From positions 1 to 52,166 of the IMG/VR virus record IMGVR_UViG_3300018019_000014: a stretch of 52,166 nucleotides of DNA. The stretch is one strand, 5' to 3'. The DNA comes from a virus (lineage: Duplodnaviria > Caudoviricetes). The stretch's first letter is position 1; each line of letters opens with the position of its first letter. Below are positions 36,739-44,133 of the stretch, one piece after another. Under the pieces are notes generated by a model. That model ran no database searches, was not told the origin of the DNA, and saw only the letters and a program-made list of their open reading frames with translations. The translations under genes were made by a program, and so were the position numbers.

Positions 36739-37128
36739 TTAATCAATCTGGTTTACCAAGTCGGTTGCCCGGCACAAAAGCCAAAGCGTCATCGCCTTGA
36801 TCTCTTTGAGGTCCACGCCGCACGCGCACTTGATGTCGCTGCGCAGCGCGGTGGCTGTTGGCACGCTCGAAAACGCGCCCGACGCAACCGCAAGGTTTCC
36901 CGCCACGCGCACAAACATCGATGTCAACACTGAGTTCGGCTCGCAGGTGAAGCAGGCAACAGCTTGGCGCAGTTGGGCGAAAGTCACGGTGTTTCTCGGG
37001 TTCCCGGCGTTGTACGCCTGGCGCAGCAGATATTCGATGGCCTGCCACTTCTCGCGCTCCGAAAGACAGTTGAAACACGCGCTCTCGTTGGAGAGCGAGG
37101 TAATATCACAAAGGGTGGCTACAGACAT
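36739..37128 (-). CDS. Cys-repeat structural protein
   Basis: ACFNC, ACFTC and KCAC repeats; similar to its neighbour. Confidence 0.7.
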   Translation of the reverse strand: MSVATLCDITSLSNESACFNCLSEREKWQAIEYLLRQAYNAGNPRNTVTFAQLRQAVACFTCEPNSVLTSMFVRVAGNLAVASGAFSSVPTATALRSDIKCACGVDLKEIKAMTLWLLCRATDLVNQID

Positions 37129-37131
37129 AGG

Positions 37132-37461
37132 TTATTCTCCGGTGCCCATCCCCGCCAACTCATCGTCGGACGGGATTGGGGGTCTTGTGGAGCCGCCCGC
37201 GCCAGGCTCGCGTTCTTTCTCGGGTTCGGTTGTGCTGGCGACTTCGATCTCGTCGCCGTAGTCTTTGACCACGCGGAGCGTGATGTGGTCCCCCTCTCGG
37301 AGGACCTGCCCACCCAAGAGGCGCTTGGGAATCAGGGTCGTCTCGGGATTCTGCTCTTGTTCGTCCACCGTCTTGGCGCCATCACCGCGGTCGGGCGAGT
37401 GGTAAAAGGCATCATCATCTGCCGCCGGAGGCGGCCGGCTTGTCTCGGTCGTGTAGGCCAT
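37132..37461 (-). CDS. Acidic hypothetical protein
   Basis: EGDHITLRVVKDYGDEIEV core; follows the capsid gene. Confidence 0.65.
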   Translation of the reverse strand: MAYTTETSRPPPAADDDAFYHSPDRGDGAKTVDEQEQNPETTLIPKRLLGGQVLREGDHITLRVVKDYGDEIEVASTTEPEKEREPGAGGSTRPPIPSDDELAGMGTGE

Positions 37462-37476
37462 AAAAGTTCGGGTTTT

Positions 37477-37515
37477 CGCCGGGGCCGGCCAGACTCGAAC
37501 CAACCGACCCCGGCG
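37477..37515 (-). terminator. Strong hairpin downstream of the capsid gene
   Basis: CGCCGGGGTCGGTTGG-TTCGAGT-CTGGCCGGCCCCGGCG; no clear U-tract, so possibly a stabilising or processing stem. Confidence 0.5.
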
Positions 37516-37541
37516 CTATGCATTCCTCAACTCCACCAAGG

Positions 37542-39107
37542 TTAAGTGACACTCCACGGCAACGCTACCGTCGTGCAGGACGACGTAACGAGCGTGATGT
37601 TGTTCCCTGAGACAGCCCAGGTGCCCAACGCCCCAACCAGTGAGTTCAGTTGAGCCACCAGGTTGGCCAGGGTACTGGTGCCTGTGATTGGCAGATGCAC
37701 GATTGGGATTTCGTTGCACTGGATCGAGTCCCGCAGAATCTCGTACGTCCCCGTCAGTGAATCCAGGATCGGCGTGAAGGTCAGCGTGACGGGCGCAGTC
37801 GCGCACGGCACGTTCGCGCTGCTGTAATTCTGGGCGTCCGGGTACGGCGCCGAAGCACAGACCGGCAGGTCCACGATGCAGGCCGGCTCGCGCAAGGTCA
37901 GGAACATCTCGGCGAACTCGGGATACTCGCTTTTGGTGCTCAGCGAAAAGTCGCTGATGAACTTGCCCTTGTTCCGCCGGCTGTTGTCCACCGCAATCGG
38001 AATGACAACCCCGTTCACGTCGGTTGCCGTCCCGCAGGTGATGTTGTCCATGACGAACTGCCACTTGCCCGCGAAGTCCCGCGCGGCGAAGGGCATCTCG
38101 GGATTGATGCTGGTCGCGTCCCGCACCAGGCTCATCATGGCCATGCGATGCCAGATGAAGTTCACCTGGATCTGCGCGTTCTCGAAGTCGTTGTTCAGCG
38201 CCTCCTTGATACCCTCGGTGGCCGCGACGTTGGAGTACGGGAACACGAGGTTCAACTGCCAAGTCCCGTCCGCGTTTTGGATGTTGGGATTCAGGAACCG
38301 CAACGGCATCGAGTCGGCTCGGATGCCGTAGTTCCCGCAGCGCCCAGTCCAGCCGTACTTGTGGTACTTTTCGGCTTGGTCGAAGTCCTCAAACCGCCAG
38401 TGATCCGTCAACTCCCCCGAGCCTTCAATCAGGTCCCAGAGGCTTTCCATGTCATTGACGAACTCGAGCATCGGCGCCCCGCCGTGGTTGATGTCCTCGC
38501 CCAGGGCTCCCAGGAGGATCTGCGGATGCACCCGCCGTTGCAGGTGCCGCGCCGTCATCTTGCTGGTCGGCAACATGGACACGTTCAGAATTGTCCCCGT
38601 GGTGTCCCAATACGCCGTGATCGCCTGCAGCCCATTTGCGGCCGTCGCCCACTTCTGGCCCGCGATGCGGACGCCCTCATGCCGAAATCGGTCGCTGGTG
38701 ACGATGCTCGAACAGCGCCGCAGCGTCCGCACGACGTGCGCAAACTGCTGCTTCGCCCGGTCGGCACTCAAAATGAGATCCCAACAGAACAGGTCCGTCT
38801 CGAACGCCTTGCGCTGGAGCCGGTAGCTGTCCCGGGTGAACCCCATCCCGATCTTCTTGCTCGCCGGATCGCACGGCTGCCCAATGCACGGCGCAGCCTG
38901 CACATCTTCCCACGGCCCCGTTAGGTCGGGAAAGACGTTCTCGAATCGGTCGAAGGTGTGTTCAACACCGGCCTGGGCCGGGAAGGAACCTGTGGATACG
39001 TGCCCCACCCAGGTATCCATTGGGTGCAAGCTCCGGATAATTTCGTCATCCAGATGCTCACTTCGGCGGCTTAAAAAGTCTCCGAAGGCAGTGCATGGGA
39101 TCGCCAT
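37542..39107 (-). CDS. Major capsid protein with C-terminal extension
   Basis: 521 aa; follows scaffold/GroES; own promoter and downstream hairpin; strongly GC3-biased codons. Confidence 0.75.
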   Translation of the reverse strand: MAIPCTAFGDFLSRRSEHLDDEIIRSLHPMDTWVGHVSTGSFPAQAGVEHTFDRFENVFPDLTGPWEDVQAAPCIGQPCDPASKKIGMGFTRDSYRLQRKAFETDLFCWDLILSADRAKQQFAHVVRTLRRCSSIVTSDRFRHEGVRIAGQKWATAANGLQAITAYWDTTGTILNVSMLPTSKMTARHLQRRVHPQILLGALGEDINHGGAPMLEFVNDMESLWDLIEGSGELTDHWRFEDFDQAEKYHKYGWTGRCGNYGIRADSMPLRFLNPNIQNADGTWQLNLVFPYSNVAATEGIKEALNNDFENAQIQVNFIWHRMAMMSLVRDATSINPEMPFAARDFAGKWQFVMDNITCGTATDVNGVVIPIAVDNSRRNKGKFISDFSLSTKSEYPEFAEMFLTLREPACIVDLPVCASAPYPDAQNYSSANVPCATAPVTLTFTPILDSLTGTYEILRDSIQCNEIPIVHLPITGTSTLANLVAQLNSLVGALGTWAVSGNNITLVTSSCTTVALPWSVT

Positions 39108-39367
39108 ATATTCTAAAATCTTACTGAATTGTACTTCAAAGAGCTAATGTCCGCACCGATTGCGCGACAAGCACGTTGAGGGGATTTTAGAAGCCGCTCT
39201 TCTCTTCAGGGCTCTCCATGAACCCTTTTGCGGGGATCGTTTAAGCCCAATCCGGGGCCTTTGGATGCCGGCTGGCACATCCGATTTAACAGCCAGTGCT
39301 CGACGGTGAGGCGAGCATTACCGACGCCGTTGTCCGTTCTATACGTCTGACTGTCCGTTCTTGTCAA
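39108..39367 (-). promoter_or_regulatory. Capsid promoter and ~220-nt structured leader
   Basis: TTGACA-18-TATAGA, AGAACGGACA direct repeat x2, multiple hairpins. Confidence 0.6.
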
Positions 39368-39708
39368 CAGATATTTTCGTGGACCGCTTCTCGCCGGAGT
39401 TGTTTTCCGTGGTAGTTCAAGTGGTGTCTTTTGCAAAACCAGCGGACTGCAAGGGGTCTGGAATAGTCATCGTGGTGCGGCTGCGTATCGGGCGAGCCGC
39501 AGATTTCGCAGGGGCCGCGCTTAATTTTGCCGCGCTTCAAATAAACGTGGACATACGCCCGCGCGTTCATTTTGAGGCGTTCCTGGGGTGTTAGCGGATG
39601 GAGGGCGCGGCATATTTGCTGGCTTTTAGCGTGGCAGTCCCAACAGTCTCCTTGGCCAGGGCGTTTGGGATTACCGCATTGGCAAGGCGTGTTTGCTCTT
39701 CGTTTCAC
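39364..39708 (-). CDS. HNH endonuclease-like protein
   Basis: ARAYV...KRGKI.RGPCEICG....PHHDDYSRPL.VRWFCKRHH; GTG start with GGAG. Confidence 0.8.
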   Translation of the reverse strand: MKRRANTPCQCGNPKRPGQGDCWDCHAKSQQICRALHPLTPQERLKMNARAYVHVYLKRGKIKRGPCEICGSPDTQPHHDDYSRPLAVRWFCKRHHLNYHGKQLRREAVHENIC

Positions 39709-39844
39709 GGCTCCGATGTTAATGTGGAAAACCACGTGGAACAACGGCAAAGAAAAGCGCCGGGTTCCACGCCCGGCGCCTGGTAAGCACAAGGGCCATC
39801 TATTGAGTCGCCAGAGTAGCGCAGGGGAAGGGGCCGGTCAAGAG

Positions 39845-39879
39845 GAAAAGAAAGGCGCCGGAGAACAACCACCGGCGCC
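39845..39879 (-). terminator. Intrinsic terminator
   Basis: GGCGCCGG-10 nt-CCGGCGCC followed by TTTCTTTT. Confidence 0.7.
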
Positions 39880-39911
39880 CCACCAGTTGACTCGAATCAA
39901 GAGGACACTAC

Positions 39912-39941
39912 GTTTCAATCCGCGCCCCGTCAAGGGGCGAT
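39912..39941 (-). CRISPR. Solitary type I-C-like CRISPR repeat, copy 2, followed by a 32-nt spacer-like segment
   Basis: ATCGCCCCTTGACGGGGCGCGGATTGAAAC; last 17 nt identical to copy 1. Confidence 0.7.
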
Positions 39942-40250
39942 ATTTGACAATACCGCAAGGAGCAGGCGTTCGTCAATGATCTTGAAGTATTTTTCCTCGC
40001 CGTTGGCCCAGGGGTCGAGCCAGCGCCCCGCCCGGGGGCTGATGAGCACCAGCGCCCCGGGATCGCACGGGTGGGCGATCAGCGTCCCGTTTCTGGCTTG
40101 GCGCCAGATACCAAATCTCACAACGCGGCCACGTTGGGAAACTTCCTGAGCGGCATCAGGGATGGTGATTCCGCCGGGGGAGAGGGCCTCCGGTAAGTCC
40201 ATCGCCAGGAGAACGTAGCCCTGACGGGGCCGGATGCGGTTGCCGCTCAT
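39930..40250 (-). CDS. groES: Co-chaperonin GroES
   Basis: IRP...YVL...SPGGITIPDAAQE....GRVV..G...II.E..LLAVL. Confidence 0.85.
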   Translation of the reverse strand: MSGNRIRPRQGYVLLAMDLPEALSPGGITIPDAAQEVSQRGRVVRFGIWRQARNGTLIAHPCDPGALVLISPRAGRWLDPWANGEEKYFKIIDERLLLAVLSNIAP

Positions 40251-41602
40251 GCGGGATGTGCTCTATCAATGGCGTCGAGTTCCGCTGCCGCTTCGCCCAT
40301 ATAGTCTTTGCCGGACGCCGGCACACGGCTGCGCGGGCGTCCGCCGTCAGGACCGCTTTCCTCGTATTCTTTAAGGCTGGTTTCCAACTCTTCGATGCGG
40401 CTCTGAGCGGCGTGCAACTGGTGCGCGAGGCGGTCATGATTCGCCGCCTTGTTGCGGATGATGCTGTGCATCCGCACAAGCTGCTCCTGGGTGAACGTCT
40501 TGCCGGCGCGAATCGTCTCGGCGAACGACTTGGGGAGCAGGTCCAGAGATTCCTTGGTCAAGTCCTGGGGCGAAAACACCAGGTCAGCCAGCGCGCGTCC
40601 GCGGTCGAACAGGGTATTACCCTCCGCGTCATTCTCTGCGGGCGCGAACCAAGCGGGGTACTTCGCCGCCAATCCCTCATTGGTCTGCTTCCAAAGCGAT
40701 GCGCGGTTGGCCTGGGCCTGTCGCTGGCCCTCCGTGGCATTCTTGGCGGCGCCATCAGCCTGCTGGCGTGCCTGTTGCAACGCAGCTTGGCTGGCATCGT
40801 ACAGGCGCGAGATTTCGTTGATGTGGCGCTTCACTTCTTCCTTATCCTCCGGGAAGAGGCGATTGATTTCGGTCCGGCGCGAGGCCGGGTCGAGGCTGGC
40901 AAAGTACTGCAAGTCGGTTTCGGTGACTTCGCGCACGGTTTCTTTGCCGTCCGCGTCGGCGACCTTCATTGTGAGACCCTTCAACTCCCGCGCGGCATCG
41001 GCCCAGGCTTTGACGTAGGGCTGCCAAAACTTCGTCTGGTATTCCTGGCTCTTGGAGAAATCCACAAAGCGAATATGCTGCTCAAGTTGCGCGTTGCGTT
41101 GCTCAGCGGTCGTCAAGCGGTCCTGGACCTCCTTGGGGACCGCGCCGCCCTTCTCAAGCTCTTGGACGCGCGAGCGCAGGCGGGTTACTTCGGGCTCAAG
41201 CTCGGTTTTGACGCGGGCTTTGATGGCCTCGTAGGCTTCGCGCAGTTCCTTGGCCTTGACGGGCTTGGCAGGCTCTCCTGCAGGCGGTTTGCCATCCCCG
41301 GGGGCCGGCTCTCCGGGCTCGCCCGGTTCACCTGGTTCGCCCGGCGATTTGTCGTCGGGGACCTTGTCGCCCGGACGCTTGGCGGGCTTGTCCTCCGGCG
41401 CGCCGGACTTGCCTTCGGAGGCGCTGAGGGCATCCAAGTCGGCATTGGCATCGGCCATCCAGTCCTGGGAGGCGATGGTTGTTTTGACCGGAGCGGGGGC
41501 GGCGGCAGGTTTCGGGGCCGACGCGGGCGGCGCAGCGGCGCTCTTGGGCGACGGCGCGGCCGCGGCGGGCGGCGGGGCTGAGGCGGGGGGTGCGGTTGGC
41601 AT
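40247..41602 (-). CDS. Putative scaffolding protein
   Basis: Disordered Pro/Ala N-terminus plus long coiled coils, between portal and capsid. Confidence 0.65.
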   Translation of the reverse strand: MPTAPPASAPPPAAAAPSPKSAAAPPASAPKPAAAPAPVKTTIASQDWMADANADLDALSASEGKSGAPEDKPAKRPGDKVPDDKSPGEPGEPGEPGEPAPGDGKPPAGEPAKPVKAKELREAYEAIKARVKTELEPEVTRLRSRVQELEKGGAVPKEVQDRLTTAEQRNAQLEQHIRFVDFSKSQEYQTKFWQPYVKAWADAARELKGLTMKVADADGKETVREVTETDLQYFASLDPASRRTEINRLFPEDKEEVKRHINEISRLYDASQAALQQARQQADGAAKNATEGQRQAQANRASLWKQTNEGLAAKYPAWFAPAENDAEGNTLFDRGRALADLVFSPQDLTKESLDLLPKSFAETIRAGKTFTQEQLVRMHSIIRNKAANHDRLAHQLHAAQSRIEELETSLKEYEESGPDGGRPRSRVPASGKDYMGEAAAELDAIDRAHPA

Positions 41603-41607
41603 AGGCT

Positions 41608-41973
41608 TTAATCACGTATCCATTGACGGGCAATTTCACAAAGTGCGACGAAAACTGAATCCTTGTCCCTTTCGAGTTGATCTAGATCGCTATAGGGCAC
41701 CAGATCGGGATGGGTCTTTTCCTCCCTGCTGTACTTCGTTCCATAAATCCACCCCATTGAAAAGTAATTTTGCATCCAAAAACCGTGCAATTCCTCCGGT
41801 GATTTGGACCGTTGTTCACCGCATTGACGTTCTATGACTTTCAAGAACTGCTCTCGGAAAAGCGTCTCTCGTTCATCCCATAACACAGGGATTATCGGGG
41901 CTTTTGCCGCTTCAGCGGCGAGACGGGCGGCGTCATACACAAACTTGGCTCGACGCTCTGTTAGTGCGGGCAT
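41608..41973 (-). CDS. RyR-domain protein
   Basis: SPEELH..WM......GW.YG......KTHPDLVPY..L...ERDKD. Confidence 0.8.
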   Translation of the reverse strand: MPALTERRAKFVYDAARLAAEAAKAPIIPVLWDERETLFREQFLKVIERQCGEQRSKSPEELHGFWMQNYFSMGWIYGTKYSREEKTHPDLVPYSDLDQLERDKDSVFVALCEIARQWIRD

Positions 41974-41976
41974 AGT

Positions 41977-42258
41977 CTATCCTTTCGGTTCGGGGTATTG
42001 CAGGGACGGCCAAGGCTCCCGGCGCGGCGGTTCGTCTGGCTCGTGGAGGCGGCTGAGGGTGTCCAGCACTCGACGGGCGCCAGTCACCTGGAGCCATGAA
42101 TCCCAGGACCGCGACGGATCGGGGGCGCCTGGCGGCAGAGATTCGATGAAGACAGCGAGCGCAGCTTGGCAGGCCAGCTCGAAAGCAGGACTGGCGATGA
42201 CTTTCTGCCACTCCGCCATCGCCGGGCTGGCCCTAAAGAGTTCCTTCGCTGTGCGCAT
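41977..42258 (-). CDS. Hypothetical head-module protein
   Basis: 93-aa helical ORF in the operon. Confidence 0.65.
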   Translation of the reverse strand: MRTAKELFRASPAMAEWQKVIASPAFELACQAALAVFIESLPPGAPDPSRSWDSWLQVTGARRVLDTLSRLHEPDEPPRREPWPSLQYPEPKG

Positions 42259-42261
42259 AAG

Positions 42262-42483
42262 TCAGTACCAACGGACGGCTCTTTTGTCGTGCTCGCCCAG
42301 GCGCTTCTTGCGTGGCCGGCCCCGGTTCGCGTGAGTAGCCATGGGTCGCACCCTGACACCTTGGGTCTTTCCAGCCAACGTGCAACTTTTGTTGACATCG
42401 AGATTCCTTGGCCGCTGGCAAGTCGGACATTTCATCGCGGGGTTGACGATGGGCGGCGGAGGCGTGGTGCCGGTGATGTTCAT
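42262..42483 (-). CDS. Small basic protein (CPTC)
   Basis: ATGA overlap with the upstream gene. Confidence 0.5.
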   Translation of the reverse strand: MNITGTTPPPPIVNPAMKCPTCQRPRNLDVNKSCTLAGKTQGVRVRPMATHANRGRPRKKRLGEHDKRAVRWY

Positions 42484-42653
42484 TCTGAGTAAAAATAAAG
42501 GCTTCGTTCCTCAATTTGCGAATTCGGCTCGCGGACCTCCAGGCTCTTTAGCACGCCTGGTTCCGATTCAATCCCCCAACTTGATGAACAGATCAGGTTG
42601 CCCTCGTTGGCGAGAATCTCTTGCAGTTTTAGGATAAGCTCGTCAATCCTCAT
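42480..42653 (-). CDS. Hypothetical protein, 57 aa
   Basis: Not in ORF track; MRIDELILKLQEILANEGNL...; ATGA overlaps at both ends. Confidence 0.6.
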   Translation of the reverse strand: MRIDELILKLQEILANEGNLICSSSWGIESEPGVLKSLEVREPNSQIEERSLYFYSE

Positions 42654-43939
42654 TTCGTTTCCTCCACGACGGTTTCGGGCACGGGGACCGGCTGGTCGGC
42701 GAATTCCAGGCCCTCTTTCTCCATTTCCTGCGCCTGAGCGACCGCTGATTCGAGTGCGTCCACCTTGATGTCGAACGGGTACTCTCTCAACGCCTCCGCG
42801 TTCCTATGCAAGTGCGCCGCCGCCTCTTCGATGGAATTGCCGACCCCGAGCAGCCAGCCGATTTTTTGCCCGTGCGGTGGCCGGGGAATGATCTGGTACA
42901 ACCCGTCAATCCGGCAAAACTCCATCAGCTTGACCCACCGCCGGATGTCATCGGCCAGCGGAAAGGACTTCCACAGCGCCTCGTCATGATCGTGGAAAAT
43001 TGCTGCCTGGATGCCGTACTCGAACTCGAAGTCCGGCTCGACAAGGTCGCCGTGGGCACCGTGATAAATAATCTCCCCCAGGTTGCGGATCATCTCCATC
43101 TCGACCCCGATACCGGGGTTGGGGGCGCGTGCGCAGAAATCGGTCAGGATGTCGCCCCGGTACTCGGCGCTCAAGAAGTTGCAGTAGCCCGCTTTGGCCA
43201 ACTCGGCCGCCAGGAGTGCCAAGTCGCGGTCCATCCGCGCCGGGGTCTTGCCGCGAAGCTGCGCCGAAGAGAGGATGAGCTTGCCCTTGACCTCAATGCC
43301 CTGCATTGGGGTCTTGGGGAACTGGCCGCGCACACAGTAGGTGTCAATCCCACTTTCCCAAGGGCTTTCGACAGGCCACTCCACGATGAAGGTGACGTGT
43401 TCCCGGGCCCCGCCCAGGTCCACCTTGAGCTTTTCCAGCCAGTAATAATCCTGGTCAATGCTCCAGAACTCGTGAGTCTCCATGCTGCCCCGAATTTTGC
43501 TGGTAGTCTTGACAAAGCAATGTGGAGCATCCCGCAGAAAGTCCTCAAGCGCCGAGTAGCCCTTGATGACCTTGTACTCAGGGACCGGCATCCTCAATTC
43601 CTCTTGGATCTCCCGGAACCAAAGGCGCTCGGTTTCCAGTTCATCCCCGATGAAGCTCCCCCAAACGGGCTTTTCCAGTCGGGCGACAAGCTGCTGCTCC
43701 CCGGCCCGGAAAATGTCAGGGTACACGTAGAGATCGGTCGTGTCGAAAACCTCATCTCGATAGGGGTCCTCAATCCATTCGACCTCGCCCAAGCCCCGGC
43801 CAACCCACCTATCGTTGATGGTCGGGAACTCGGCCGCCCAGGGGACATGCGAACGGACGTGCACAATCTCCCGCGCCAGCCGGACGGCAAGCTCCGTGAA
43901 AAGGCCAGAGTCCACAAGGGTTAAAGTGGCGTCGATCAT
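42650..43939 (-). CDS. ATP-grasp ligase (PurD/GAR synthetase-like)
   Basis: VWGS....ELE..R, MPVP.Y, FVK, FIVE, E.G.D, GYCNF.S.E, TDFCAR. Confidence 0.7.
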   Translation of the reverse strand: MIDATLTLVDSGLFTELAVRLAREIVHVRSHVPWAAEFPTINDRWVGRGLGEVEWIEDPYRDEVFDTTDLYVYPDIFRAGEQQLVARLEKPVWGSFIGDELETERLWFREIQEELRMPVPEYKVIKGYSALEDFLRDAPHCFVKTTSKIRGSMETHEFWSIDQDYYWLEKLKVDLGGAREHVTFIVEWPVESPWESGIDTYCVRGQFPKTPMQGIEVKGKLILSSAQLRGKTPARMDRDLALLAAELAKAGYCNFLSAEYRGDILTDFCARAPNPGIGVEMEMIRNLGEIIYHGAHGDLVEPDFEFEYGIQAAIFHDHDEALWKSFPLADDIRRWVKLMEFCRIDGLYQIIPRPPHGQKIGWLLGVGNSIEEAAAHLHRNAEALREYPFDIKVDALESAVAQAQEMEKEGLEFADQPVPVPETVVEETK

Positions 43940-44133
43940 GGCAGTACTGATTTCACGCGCTTGGTGCGCCGCTTCAAGTCGGCTTTCTGCGCAGCGCGAA
44001 CCTCTGCCAGGTTGCAGACCAGTTCCGCTGCAGGACTGATGGCCGGCAGGCTGTGCAACTTCGGATGCGTGGCAAAGAACTGCTCTTGCGCCGCCCGCAG
44101 GTCGCTTTTGTACTTGGCGTAAGGGTCAATCAT
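43936..44133 (-). CDS. Hypothetical protein
   Basis: Translationally coupled to portal and ATP-grasp genes. Confidence 0.6.
   Translation of the reverse strand: MIDPYAKYKSDLRAAQEQFFATHPKLHSLPAISPAAELVCNLAEVRAAQKADLKRRTKRVKSVLP

Noticed and set aside
37477-37515. GGTTCGAGTC T-loop-like sequence suggesting a tRNA
   Set aside because: Forms a single long hairpin with no D or anticodon arms; no tRNA recognised anywhere
33972-39941. Conventional CRISPR array or cas locus
   Set aside because: The two repeats are ~5.9 kb apart and no cas operon is present; reported as solitary repeats
40256-41581. 441-aa plus-strand ORF (and similar ones such as 42806..43924)
   Set aside because: Antisense shadows of GC3-biased genes
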